Positions 9,743 through 18,964 of a stretch of 58,137 nt of DNA are shown one piece after another (position 1 is the first letter of the stretch; each line of letters opens with the position of its first letter). Source of the stretch: Candidatus Eiseniibacteriota bacterium (lineage in GTDB: Bacteria; Eisenbacteria; RBG-16-71-46). Under the pieces are notes generated by a model that had not been told where the DNA came from, searched no databases, and saw only the letters and a list, made by a program, of their open reading frames with translations. The position numbers and the translations under genes were made by a program. The DNA lies in the NCBI GenBank assembly GCA_031366795.1, contig JANLOX010000124.1:1-58137 (forward strand), given 5' to 3'.

Positions 9743-10372
9743 TTTCGCGGCGCTCACTGGGTCCTGCTGGGAGGCAACGAAGCCGTCATTCCGGTTCGGC
9801 GCGCCACCTTGCCGCCCGGCCGGCTCGATGTGTCCCCCACAGCGTCCATCCTGGTGTCGGGATTCGATGGGAGTGGGGCCGCTGGCGAGAGTCCACTCAC
9901 GCTCGCCGGCCTCGCCGCGTCGAGCCCCCCACGGCCGGGGCGCTGGCGCACGCCCGCGTGCCGGTGGGTTCGGGCTGGGACTCCCAGCCCGTGTCGTGCC
10001 GCGCGGGCGCACGCAGGGGATTTTGAACTTACGGGCGTCGCGCTCGGTGGCGCACGGTTCGTGATGCCGTTGCCGGCAAACGGCGAGTTCCCGGCTAGCG
10101 CGCATCCAGAGCTCCGATGTCGTGCTGCCGCTGGCCGACGGCTCGGGGCGCGAGCTACGCATCCGCTGCGTCGTGCGGCCAGACAGAGCCCAGGCGCGCC
10201 TGCTCGAGCGCCTGGGCCTGCGACTGCCGGAACGACTCCAGATCCCCTCGCGGATCGACACAATGTAGTGCCAACTTCACGACCCCAAACGGGCTAACTC
10301 GTTGCAAGGACGAGAATCGGTCGCTCGAACTGCGGAAGTTGGACTAGCCCGGAGTAGAACCCGTTTCGAAAC

Positions 10373-10406
10373 GAACGCCCCGCCCGGTCACCCTGGCGGG
10401 GCGTTC
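10373..10406 (-). terminator. perfect 12-bp GC-rich hairpin downstream of the Cys-rich protein gene
   Basis: GAACGCCCCGCC-(10 nt)-GGCGGGGCGTTC, 76 nt past the stop at 10482. Flanks are only weakly T-rich. Confidence 0.5.
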
Positions 10407-10481
10407 TCGATTCAAGCGCAGGCAACCGCCGAAAAATTGGCGCGGGGGAACACGCCCCCGCGCCACACTCGTACAACCCGG

Positions 10482-10808
10482 TCAGCGGTTGTTGGCCGCC
10501 ACGGCCGTCGTGGCCGCATGACTGCGCGAACACGAGGACGGACAGGCCGACGGGTCCGACACCGGACACGCCTGCGCGGACGCGCCGGATGCCCGGCTCG
10601 CCGAAGCCTTGGTGGAACACGAGCCCATGCCGCATGAACTGCCGCAGGCGCTCATGTCCGCCGCCTGAGCCAGCGGGCGCATCGTCGTCGCATGCGCCGG
10701 CACCCGGCGGTGCTTCGTGTTCTTGTGGACGGGAGCGGCGTTCGCCGATGCGGTGAGCGCGAACATTAGTGCTGCCACTCCCAGCATCGCGGTGAATTTC
10801 GTCTTCAT
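10482..10808 (-). CDS. small secreted Cys-rich protein (108 aa)
   Basis: ATG (rc 10806-10808) lies 8 nt after AGGAG. Signal peptide MKTKFTAMLGVAALMFALTASANA. The mature part has 6 Cys (CGSSCGMGSC ... CPVSDPSACPSSC) and a His-rich stretch. It is the 3' part of the long ORF 10482..11690. Confidence 0.6.
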   Translation of the reverse strand: MKTKFTAMLGVAALMFALTASANAAPVHKNTKHRRVPAHATTMRPLAQAADMSACGSSCGMGSCSTKASASRASGASAQACPVSDPSACPSSCSRSHAATTAVAANNR

Positions 10809-10872
10809 GGAATGACTCCTGGATTGGAAACGTTGAATGCCCCAGACGGAAGTATTCCGCCGGGGACGAAGT

Positions 10873-11325
10873 TCAAGCGCGTCCTTCCAAAGGGGGGCCG
10901 CGCACAGGCGGTGTGCTGCGCCAGGCCAATGCCGATGGGCGGGAGCGCGTGAGTTGTTCGCGCCGGACCACGGAGGGTGCGATCGCTGCCACCCGAGCGA
11001 CGGGAGGCAGGAGGATTCCCATCGCGGGAGTTGGGGCGACGCGCGGGACACTGCCACGCAGGGCGAGCCCACTCGAGGAATTGACGATGCAGAACGGCCG
11101 GTTCCCGTCACGGGCAGGGGCAGGCGTCGCATGCCTCGCCATCGGGCAACTGCTGCACGACTCCGGTGGCTTGGCCGCTCCCATGTGCCCGGGATCGCAG
11201 CGCACGAGGCAGGCGACCGGGACCTCGATGGGGCCAACGTGGCACCAGCGGATTGCCGGGAGCGCCAGCCCGAGACACAGCGGTAGGATGATCGCGGCAA
11301 GCCGCGCGCGCGCCGAGGGTCGCAT
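10873..11325 (-). CDS. putative secreted Cys/His-containing protein (hypothetical)
   Basis: Internal ATG of ORF 10873..11349. Signal-like MRPSARARLAAIILPLCLGLALPA, then WCHVGPIEVPVACLVRCDPGH...CSSCP. Hand-counted GC3 is about 80 percent. The C-terminal half is low-complexity. Confidence 0.3.
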   Translation of the reverse strand: MRPSARARLAAIILPLCLGLALPAIRWCHVGPIEVPVACLVRCDPGHMGAAKPPESCSSCPMARHATPAPARDGNRPFCIVNSSSGLALRGSVPRVAPTPAMGILLPPVARVAAIAPSVVRREQLTRSRPSALAWRSTPPVRGPPLEGRA

Positions 11326-11539
11326 GGGACAAGCATGGCGCAGGCCCATTCACCGGAGTGTCCGGCCAGCGCAAAAGCGGTGCGCGCGGTCCCGCGTTCG
11401 TCGGGCTTATTCCGCGCTCGCGGCCCATCGCGCTGCAGGCCTGCGCCGGCGTGACCGTTCGCGCCCATCACGCCAACGACTTCAAGGCTCTGGAGATAGC
11501 AGCCGCAACTGCCGATATCCCAGACGGCTGGACCCGCGC

Positions 11540-11569
11540 ATGACACACGCGGCCCACGACGCTTATGAT
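11540..11569 (+). promoter_or_regulatory. sigma70-like promoter candidate for the glucan phosphorylase gene
   Basis: ATGACA-(18 nt)-TATGAT, about 70 nt upstream of ATG 11640. Confidence 0.3.
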
Positions 11570-11639
11570 CCGCTGCCCTCATCCAACCGCAAGCCTGACA
11601 ACGCGTCCATAGTCGGTGAGCCTCCCAACCGGAGCATCC

Positions 11640-13286
11640 ATGTCCCAGCAGCCGCATGTGGCCTACTTCTGCATGGAGTTCGGGCTCCACGAGTCATTTC
11701 CGATCTACGCCGGCGGCCTCGGGGTGCTGGCAGGGGACTTCATCAAGTCGGCGCATGACCTGAAGCTCCCCGTAATCGCGGTGTCCCTGCGCTGGGAGCG
11801 CGGTTACGGCGTGCAGCGCATCGGTCCCGACGGCATGCCGTACGAAGAAGTGCCCGGCTACGACTCCTCGTTCCTGACCGAGACCGGCGTGCGCGTGCGC
11901 ATCCGCGTGCGCGGCCAGGAAGTGCCGTGCCGCGTGTGGGTGACCGACCGCTTCGGCCATGTGCCGCTGTTCCTGATCGAGCCCTACCGCGCGCAGGACC
12001 GTTGGATCACGCACCGGCTCTACGAGGCCGGCACCGATACGCGCATCGCGCAGGAAATGCTGCTCGGCATCGGCGGCGTGCGGGCGCTCAACTGGCTTGG
12101 CATCCCGATCTCGACCTATCACTTCAACGAAGGCCATGCCGTGTTCGCCGGGGTCGAGATGATCGCCGAGCGTATGGAAGGCACCAATGTCTCCTTCCCC
12201 GAAGCGTGGGCCGAGGTGCGTAAGCGCATCGTGTTCACCACCCACACTCCGGTTGAGGCGGGCAACGAAGAACACTCGCTCAAGGACCTGCGCCGCATGG
12301 GCGCCTGCCTGCAGCTGTCAGGCGGCGAGATGCGCGCGCTGGGTGGCGACCCGTTCAACATGACGGTCGCGGGGCTGCGGCTCGCGCGCAAGGCGAATGC
12401 GGTCGCCAAGCTGCACGGCGAGACGGCGCGCGATATGTGGAAGCAGGTCAGCAATGCGGCTCCGATCATCCATGTGACGAATGGCGTGCATCCGGGCACC
12501 TGGCAGTCGCACGCGATTCGTGACAGCGCGAGCGATGCCCGCAAGCTGTGGGCGGCCCACAACACGCTGAAGGGCGAGCTGCTCGAAGAAGTTGCGAAGC
12601 GCTCGGGCGTCACGATCGACCCGCATGCGCTGGTGGTGGGCTTCGCGCGGCGCGCGGCCACCTACAAGCGCGGTGACCTGGTGCTGCGCGATCCTGAGCG
12701 CCTGATGAAGATGATGCAGAAGCAGCCGATGGTGATCCTGTTCGCCGGCAAGGCCCACGCCGCCGACGAGGCTGGCAAGAAGGTGATCGCCCGGATCGTC
12801 AAGGCGCAGGAACGCTTTCCGGGGCGCGTGTTGTTCCTCGAGAACTACGACATCGAGCTGGCGCGCTACATGGTGCGCGGCTGCGATGTGTGGCTCAATA
12901 ACCCGGTGCGTCCCCTCGAAGCCAGCGGCACCTCGGGTATGAAGGCCGCCATGAACGGCGCCCTCAATGTCAGTATCCTCGACGGTTGGTGGCCGGAAGG
13001 TTGCGAACACGGCGTCAACGGCTGGGCCATCGGCGACGAGACGGCTGGCGACGACGAACTGGATGCCGAGTCGTTGTACTCGGTGTTCGAGAACGAAGTG
13101 CTGCCGGCGTGGGAAGACCGCGATGGCTGGGTGCGAATGATGCAGGCCAGCATCCAAATGGGCGTCTCAAAGTTTTCCTCGGACCGCATGGTCCGCGAAT
13201 ATTTCGAACTCATGTACGCGGACGGCGAAGTCCCGGCCGCGGTCAACTCCGCCGCGGTACCCGCGGCGATCACGACGAGGACGTAA
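11640..13286 (+). CDS. glgP: alpha-glucan phosphorylase, short (GT35, TIGR02094-like) type
   Basis: VAYFCMEFGL...YAGGLGVLAGD N-terminus and PLP-lysine region EASGTSGMKAAMNG. ATG 11640 lies 5 nt after GGAG. Confidence 0.85.
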   Translation: MSQQPHVAYFCMEFGLHESFPIYAGGLGVLAGDFIKSAHDLKLPVIAVSLRWERGYGVQRIGPDGMPYEEVPGYDSSFLTETGVRVRIRVRGQEVPCRVWVTDRFGHVPLFLIEPYRAQDRWITHRLYEAGTDTRIAQEMLLGIGGVRALNWLGIPISTYHFNEGHAVFAGVEMIAERMEGTNVSFPEAWAEVRKRIVFTTHTPVEAGNEEHSLKDLRRMGACLQLSGGEMRALGGDPFNMTVAGLRLARKANAVAKLHGETARDMWKQVSNAAPIIHVTNGVHPGTWQSHAIRDSASDARKLWAAHNTLKGELLEEVAKRSGVTIDPHALVVGFARRAATYKRGDLVLRDPERLMKMMQKQPMVILFAGKAHAADEAGKKVIARIVKAQERFPGRVLFLENYDIELARYMVRGCDVWLNNPVRPLEASGTSGMKAAMNGALNVSILDGWWPEGCEHGVNGWAIGDETAGDDELDAESLYSVFENEVLPAWEDRDGWVRMMQASIQMGVSKFSSDRMVREYFELMYADGEVPAAVNSAAVPAAITTRT

Positions 13287-13289
13287 GAC

Positions 13290-14018
13290 ATGGCGGTGGA
13301 TGTTCTCGCATTCGGGCCCCACCCGGATGATGCCGAGATCGGTGCCGGCTCGACGCTGCTGAAGATGAAGGGGTTGGGACACCGCACCGGGATCGTCGAC
13401 ATGACGACGGGCGACATGGGCTGGGGGAGCCCCGAGATTCGCCTCGGCGAATGCGCGGCGGCGGCGAAGATCCTGCAGCTCGACGTGCGCGAGAACCTCG
13501 ACTTGGGCGATTGCCGCATCGAGGACACCTTCGAGAACCGCTGCGCGGTCGCGGGGATGATCCGCAAGCACCAGCCGCAGATCGTGCTGGCGCCCTACTA
13601 CAACCTGCCGATAGGCAGGGGCCTGGGGCACAACGACCACTACAAGACCGGTCAGATCGTCTCGAACGCCTACAACCTTGCGCATTTGAAGAAGGCTCCG
13701 CTTCCCGGTGAGCCGCACCAGGCGAAGGCCATCTACTACTACTTCCTGCCGATGGGCACCGCACCGTCGTTCATCGTCGACGTGTCGGCCCAGTTCGACG
13801 CGTGGATCGCGGCGCTCGATTGCCACCAGAGCCAGTTCCACAATCCCGACAAGCCGCGACTCACCGACCAGCCGAGCGTGCGTGAAGTGTTCGAGACCGT
13901 GGCGCGCTACTGGGGCTGGCAGATCGGCGCGAAGTACGGCCAGGCCTTCCTGGCCACGTCGCCGCTGCGTGTCGGGGACCCGATGCAGTTGGTCAAGGAC
14001 ATCGTTCCGCGGCCGTAA
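13290..14018 (+). CDS. PIG-L/LmbE family deacetylase (BshB1-like)
   Basis: VLAFGPHPDDAEIGAGSTL...GIVDMTTGDMG...RENLDLGD pattern. Starts 3 nt after the glgP stop. Confidence 0.8.
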   Translation: MAVDVLAFGPHPDDAEIGAGSTLLKMKGLGHRTGIVDMTTGDMGWGSPEIRLGECAAAAKILQLDVRENLDLGDCRIEDTFENRCAVAGMIRKHQPQIVLAPYYNLPIGRGLGHNDHYKTGQIVSNAYNLAHLKKAPLPGEPHQAKAIYYYFLPMGTAPSFIVDVSAQFDAWIAALDCHQSQFHNPDKPRLTDQPSVREVFETVARYWGWQIGAKYGQAFLATSPLRVGDPMQLVKDIVPRP

Positions 14019-14019
14019 T

Positions 14020-15492
14020 GTGAAGACGCGCCCGGTGCCCCGCCCACAGCGCGGCCGGACCGTGGCCGTACGCTTGGTGCTCGCGCTTACCTGCATTGCG
14101 TGCGCGATGGGCGCGAGGCCAGCGCACGGCGCGAGCGCGCCGCAATGGTCGCCGTTGGCGTCGCGTGTCGCGGCTCATGCGGCGCGTGTTCGCCTCGACG
14201 AACCCAATGCGCCCGGCGGTCTGGGCTGGGGCGCCGAGCTCACGCCGGTCACGCAGCAGGTGATCGACGAGGACCGCGCGTTTCGAACCGGGGCGATGCG
14301 CGAGCTGAACTCGATCGCGAGCAGCGGTGTAGCGCTCAGCCCCGGTGCACGCGCCGACGCCGCGTTGCTGCGCGGGCGACTCGACCAATGGGCGATCGAG
14401 CGCGACGAACTGCGTCGCTTCGAGACTGATCCGGGCTACGTTTGTCCGCGCTTGGATGCCACGCTGCGCGATTTACTGGCGGGGCGTGCGGGCGCATTGT
14501 GCCGCCGGCTGCCGCTGGCGACGCGGCGCCTGCGCGCGGTGCCCGAGTTGCTGCGCGCGGCGAAAATCAGTCTCGCGAAGCCCTCGTTCTTGGGCGTCGA
14601 CTTCGCCAACGCGCGCCTCGCGCAGACACTGACGTTGTACCGAAACACCATGCCGGCGGCCCTGCTCGATTGCCGCGAATCCGGCGCGATGGCCCACTTC
14701 GCCACGGCCGACACGCTCGCCGTGCGCGCCATTGCGCAGCACATCGAGTGGTTGCGCGAATTCGGGAGCGAGCACGCCACGGGTGAATGGGCAATGGGTC
14801 GCGAGCGTTTCGCGCGCTGGCTTGCGGCTGCGAGTGGCGACCCGACTCCGCTCGATTCGATTCGCGCGCGGGCACAGCGTGAACTCGATGCGATGGGGCC
14901 GCTCGCGGATTCGCCGAGGCAGGTCGCGGATTCGCCGGGGCAGGTCGCGAGTGCGGATTCCGCGCGGGGCGTCGCGACCGATCGCCTACTCGAATCACGC
15001 GCCAGCCACTTTGGACCGGGCTCCACGCGCTGGCTGCGCACGGTTCTCGGCCGCCGCGAGGCGGCGCTCGCATGGGCGCCCTACGCGGTCGCCATTCGCG
15101 AGGCGCAGCGCGGCGTGCCGCCCGCCTCCGTGCAATTCAGCCCAAGCCGGCTCGATCTGGTGGGGACGCTGGCCGAGCTCGATCTGCACACCGGAGCGGC
15201 GTCGTTCGGTGACGTGATGCATCGCTTCGTGCGCGATGCCGGTCTCGACACGGCGGCCTCGCAGTTCGCAGCCGAAGCGAGCGCGCTGGCGCCTTCGCGG
15301 GCCGTGACCACGCTCGCCACGTGGCGGCTCGAAGCGCTGCGCGCCGAGGCGGCGCGGGCGCTTGCGGGGCGGTTCTCGTCCGAAGTGTTCCTGCGCGAGG
15401 TCATCAATGCGGGCGCCCTGCCCGTCCCCGCGATTCGCGAGGAACTCCTGCTCCGGCTGCATGCCGGCAACGTCTCCTCCGCCGGGCGATAA
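14020..15492 (+). CDS. secreted hypothetical protein with a 7-aa tandem repeat
   Basis: GTG 14020 comes right after the preceding TAA. Signal-like RTVAVRLVLALTCIACAMGARPAHG. The upstream part of ORF 13708 overlaps the deacetylase. An alternative start is ATG 14107. Confidence 0.55.
   Translation: MKTRPVPRPQRGRTVAVRLVLALTCIACAMGARPAHGASAPQWSPLASRVAAHAARVRLDEPNAPGGLGWGAELTPVTQQVIDEDRAFRTGAMRELNSIASSGVALSPGARADAALLRGRLDQWAIERDELRRFETDPGYVCPRLDATLRDLLAGRAGALCRRLPLATRRLRAVPELLRAAKISLAKPSFLGVDFANARLAQTLTLYRNTMPAALLDCRESGAMAHFATADTLAVRAIAQHIEWLREFGSEHATGEWAMGRERFARWLAAASGDPTPLDSIRARAQRELDAMGPLADSPRQVADSPGQVASADSARGVATDRLLESRASHFGPGSTRWLRTVLGRREAALAWAPYAVAIREAQRGVPPASVQFSPSRLDLVGTLAELDLHTGAASFGDVMHRFVRDAGLDTAASQFAAEASALAPSRAVTTLATWRLEALRAEAARALAGRFSSEVFLREVINAGALPVPAIREELLLRLHAGNVSSAGR
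14905..14946 (+). repeat. 21-bp in-frame tandem repeat (x2 plus a degenerate third)
   Basis: gcggattcgccgaggcaggtc / gcggattcgccggggcaggtc, giving ADSPRQV-ADSPGQV-(AS)ADSARG. Confidence 0.9.
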
Positions 15493-15555
15493 GCCCGAGT
15501 GGTGCGGGCCAGATGTCGCGTTCACGCCAAGTCTCGCGGAATCGCATCGAAAGCA

Positions 15556-15584
15556 TTGACCTGCACCGGGTCACACGCTAAGTT
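15556..15584 (+). promoter_or_regulatory. sigma70-like promoter candidate
   Basis: TTGACC-(17 nt)-TAAGTT, about 70 nt upstream of ATG 15656. Confidence 0.35.
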
Positions 15585-15655
15585 CCGGCGCGAAATGACC
15601 GATACCACGGATGGTTCGGACGCATGTGCCTTAGGATGAGGTTGGAGGTTCCCGC

Positions 15656-16591
15656 ATGATTGCTCGGCACTGGCGCTTGGCGCTCGCCGCATTACTGTTG
15701 ATGGTTGTAACGCTTGGGCTCGAAGCCCCGCAGGCCTCGGCCGCGACGGCTCGCACCGTCTCCAGGTCCCGCGCATCCGCCGGGACACTGCACCGCAAGA
15801 CCGCGCGAAGAGTGACGCGTGCGCGTCGTGTCCGCCGCGCCCCGCAGGGAGGCGTGTACGCCCGCTGCGCGGTGGTGATGGATCCCGTCACGGGAACCGT
15901 GCTCTACCAGAAGAACGCCGACCGCAGCGCGCCCATCGCCAGCATCACCAAGCTGATGACGGCGATGGTATTCCTCGAGCAAAAGCCGAACCTGCTGCGC
16001 GACGTCGAAGTGACGCGCGAGGAACTCTACCAGGGCGGGCACACGCAGTTGCGCGAGCACGAAACGCTGCCGCTGGGCGACCTGCTGCACATGAGCCTGA
16101 TGTGCTCGGATAACGTCGCGACGCGTGTCATCGCGCGTGAGTCGGGACTGTCGCGCGGCGATTTCCTCGCGCGCATGAACGCCAAGGCCGCCGAGCTCGA
16201 GTTGAAGGACACGCACTTCGTCGAGCCGACCGGGCTCGACCAGAACAATGTTTCCACCGCCAGTGACGTCGCGCACCTGTTGCAGGCCGCGGCGGGACAG
16301 CCGCTGATCCACTCGATCACCACGACGTCTTCGTACGAGTTCTCGACGGGCCGGCGCGATCACTTGATCAACAACACCAACCGGTTGCTCAAGAGCCGCT
16401 ACCAGATCCTCGGCGGCAAGACCGGCTTCATCAACGAATCCGGTTACTGCTTCGCGACGTGGCTGCGCGCCGATGGCCGCGACCTGATTGCGGTCGTACT
16501 CGGAGCGCCGACGAACGCCACGCGTTTCGCCGATGTCGTGCGCATGGTGCAACACACCGTTGCCACCGGCTTCGCTCCCGCCAAGTCCTGA
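15656..16591 (+). CDS. D-alanyl-D-alanine carboxy/endopeptidase (peptidase S11, PbpG-like size)
   Basis: Signal peptide, then the three motifs SITK (SxxK), SDN and KTG (GGKTGFI). Confidence 0.85.
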   Translation: MIARHWRLALAALLLMVVTLGLEAPQASAATARTVSRSRASAGTLHRKTARRVTRARRVRRAPQGGVYARCAVVMDPVTGTVLYQKNADRSAPIASITKLMTAMVFLEQKPNLLRDVEVTREELYQGGHTQLREHETLPLGDLLHMSLMCSDNVATRVIARESGLSRGDFLARMNAKAAELELKDTHFVEPTGLDQNNVSTASDVAHLLQAAAGQPLIHSITTTSSYEFSTGRRDHLINNTNRLLKSRYQILGGKTGFINESGYCFATWLRADGRDLIAVVLGAPTNATRFADVVRMVQHTVATGFAPAKS

Positions 16592-16604
16592 GCGGCCCTA
16601 GCCC

Positions 16605-16629
16605 GCCGCCGTGCAAGCTGCACGGCGGC
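16605..16629 (+). terminator. perfect 11-bp hairpin after the DD-peptidase gene
   Basis: GCCGCCGTGCA-AGC-TGCACGGCGGC, 14 nt after the stop. No T-tract. Confidence 0.45.
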
Positions 16630-16786
16630 CGCGCCAATTCGCCCGTTGTGGCCCGCCCCAAGCGGCGGAATCGTGCTGAATCGCGCCCCGCGTTCCCGGC
16701 CGGGGGATTGCATGGGCATGAAGTGGAGTCCTCCCTCTTGAGCCCGATGTCGCACTCGCCATAACCGAAGCCGAAGGAGACCAGGG

Positions 16787-18529
16787 ATGTCTCGACCCGT
16801 GCGCGCCCGAAAGTCCCAATCCACGAAGGCCGGCCGCCGCATGATGGCCGAAAGCGCAACGTCGTCCGTCGGCCAGTCTTCGGATCGCGAGGCCCCGCCC
16901 CGCCCGCGCGCGACTTCCGGCACCGCCGGTTTGCCGCCGTCCGTCGCCCGCCAGGTCCAGCGCGAAATGGAACGCCTGCGCCGCTTGCCTCCGGGGGCGC
17001 CTGAGTCGGCGCATGTGCGCGCGTATTTACAGTGCGTATGGTCGCTACCGTGGCAGCGCACGCAAGGCGAGATCACCGACCTTCGCGCCGTGGAGCGCAC
17101 GCTCGAGCAGGAACATCTTGGGTTGTCGCGCGCCAAGGAACGCATCGTCGAGTACCTCGCCGTCCGCAAGCTCAAGCCCGATCTCCAGGGACCCACGCTG
17201 TGTCTCGTCGGGCCTCCAGGCACCGGGAAGACATCGCTCGGCTCCGCCGTCGCGCGCGCGCTCAACCGCCCATTCGTGCGCATCAGCGTGTCGGGGACCT
17301 CGGAAGCTGGTGAGCTGGTCGGCATCAGCCGCAACCTCCCCGGCGCTCAGCCCGGCAAGATCGTCCAGGCGTTGCGTGAAGCCGGCGCCAGCGATCCTGT
17401 GCTGATCATCGACGGCGTCGACCGGCTGCTCAGCGAGTCCGGGCTCGGCGTGCTCGAAGTGTTGCAGGAGCTGCTCGACCCCTCGACCAATCGCAGTTTC
17501 GTCGATCACTACGTCGGGCTGCCGATCGACCTGTCGAACTGCATCCTGTTGCTGTGCGCGAACCACATCGAGCTCGTGCCCGATGCGCTGCAGGAGCGCA
17601 TCGAGCTGATTGAAGTCCCCGGTTACAGCGAGGACGAAAAGCTCGAGATCGCGCAACGCTTCCTGGTGCCGCGTGTGATCACCGACCATGGTTTGTCGCC
17701 CAAGGACGTCGTGTTCTCGAGTGACACGCTACGCGCCATGGTGCGCCAGTACACGCTCGAAGCCGGCGTGCGCGGACTCTCACGCCAGATCGCTACCGTC
17801 TGCCGCAAGGTGGCGAGGGCGCGCGCCACGGGCGACCGTCGCCGCCATGTCGTGCGGGAATCCGACCTCGAGCGTCATCTCGGCCACCGTGTGTATCACC
17901 ACGAAGCCGTCAACAAGCACGATGAAGTCGGCGTCGCCTACGGCCTCGCCTGGACGCCCGCGGGCGGCGAGTTGCTGTCGGTCGAAGCACTGAAGATGCC
18001 CGGCACCGGCCGCGTCGTCACCACGGGTCAGCTCGGTGAAGTCATGAAGGAGTCCGTGCAGGCCGCGCACTCCTACGTGCGCTCGCGCGCCGACATGCTC
18101 GAGATCCAAGCCGAGGTGTTCCAGAACTGCGATATCCACGTGCACTTCCCGATGGGCGGCGTGCCGAAGGACGGCCCCTCCGCCGGTATCACCATCGGCC
18201 TCGTGATCGCGTCGGTACTGAGCGACCGCCCGATCCGCCACGACGTGTGCATGACCGGCGAAGTGAGCCTGCGCGGCAAGGTACTGATCGTGGGAGGGCT
18301 GCGCGAGAAGGCGCTCGCCGCCTATCGCGCCGGGTTCAAGACGATGATCTTCCCCGAAGCGAACTCGAAGGATCTCTCGGACATCCCCGCGGACGTCCGC
18401 AAGCAGATCGAGATGGTCCCCGTCTCGACGATGGACGAAGTGCTGTCCGTTGCGCTGCACCGCATCATCGTGCCGCCGGGCACCGCAGGCGGGTTCATTA
18501 TTGAGATCGAGGAGGAGGACGAGGAGTAG
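16787..18529 (+). CDS. lon: Lon-family protease lacking the N-terminal (LAN) domain
   Basis: AAGGAG lies upstream. Walker A GPPGTGKTS and protease Ser in PKDGPSAGI. GGLREK retains the second Lys, which corresponds to the catalytic Lys of E. coli Lon by my count. 580 aa, starting near the end of the Lon N-domain helix. Walker B reads IIDGVD instead of LLDEID. Confidence 0.85.
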   Translation: MSRPVRARKSQSTKAGRRMMAESATSSVGQSSDREAPPRPRATSGTAGLPPSVARQVQREMERLRRLPPGAPESAHVRAYLQCVWSLPWQRTQGEITDLRAVERTLEQEHLGLSRAKERIVEYLAVRKLKPDLQGPTLCLVGPPGTGKTSLGSAVARALNRPFVRISVSGTSEAGELVGISRNLPGAQPGKIVQALREAGASDPVLIIDGVDRLLSESGLGVLEVLQELLDPSTNRSFVDHYVGLPIDLSNCILLLCANHIELVPDALQERIELIEVPGYSEDEKLEIAQRFLVPRVITDHGLSPKDVVFSSDTLRAMVRQYTLEAGVRGLSRQIATVCRKVARARATGDRRRHVVRESDLERHLGHRVYHHEAVNKHDEVGVAYGLAWTPAGGELLSVEALKMPGTGRVVTTGQLGEVMKESVQAAHSYVRSRADMLEIQAEVFQNCDIHVHFPMGGVPKDGPSAGITIGLVIASVLSDRPIRHDVCMTGEVSLRGKVLIVGGLREKALAAYRAGFKTMIFPEANSKDLSDIPADVRKQIEMVPVSTMDEVLSVALHRIIVPPGTAGGFIIEIEEEDEE

Positions 18530-18537
18530 AGGAGCCG

Positions 18538-18918
18538 CTACGGCTCCTCGCCCTCGACGTCCTCATCGCGCACGACACCGCCGCGCTCGAGTGCGCCCAG
18601 GTAGTCGGCGATGATCGCGCGCGCGTCTTCGGCTTCGCCGCTGGCCACGAGGATCTCTCCCCAGTGCGTGGTGGTCCAGTCGCGGCGCACGGTCCCGTAG
18701 CCGGGCAACGTCGCGGGTCGCAGCACCGTGCGGACGCCGGCGTTCTCGAGCACACCGCACAGCAGCGCTCCCGAGGCGGCATCCGGGACGCGGTGCACGG
18801 CGAGCGGCGAACCTGAGCTGTCCTCGAGTGGCGGCTCCTCGCCGAGTACCACGCGGCACTGCGGGCAGGCGGCGATGGCGTCTTCGTAGGCGCGGCCGCA
18901 ATCGGGGCAGAACTTCAT
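18538..18918 (-). CDS. zinc-ribbon plus DUF2007-like small protein
   Basis: Internal ATG 18918 gives MKFCPDCGRAYEDAIAACPQCR (CxxC...CxxC), followed by a small alpha/beta domain. Confidence 0.55.
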   Translation of the reverse strand: MKFCPDCGRAYEDAIAACPQCRVVLGEEPPLEDSSGSPLAVHRVPDAASGALLCGVLENAGVRTVLRPATLPGYGTVRRDWTTTHWGEILVASGEAEDARAIIADYLGALERGGVVRDEDVEGEEP

Positions 18919-18964
18919 TTGCGAGATCCCGCGGTGCCGCGAACAGCGCCGTCGTGAGCCATCA

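Noticed and set aside
9410-10261. 283-aa minus-strand ORF in the gene-poor region
   Set aside because: The sequence is Arg/Ser/Pro/Gly-rich with no signal or motif. The plus-strand fragments show the better GC3 pattern (see the decayed-gene finding).
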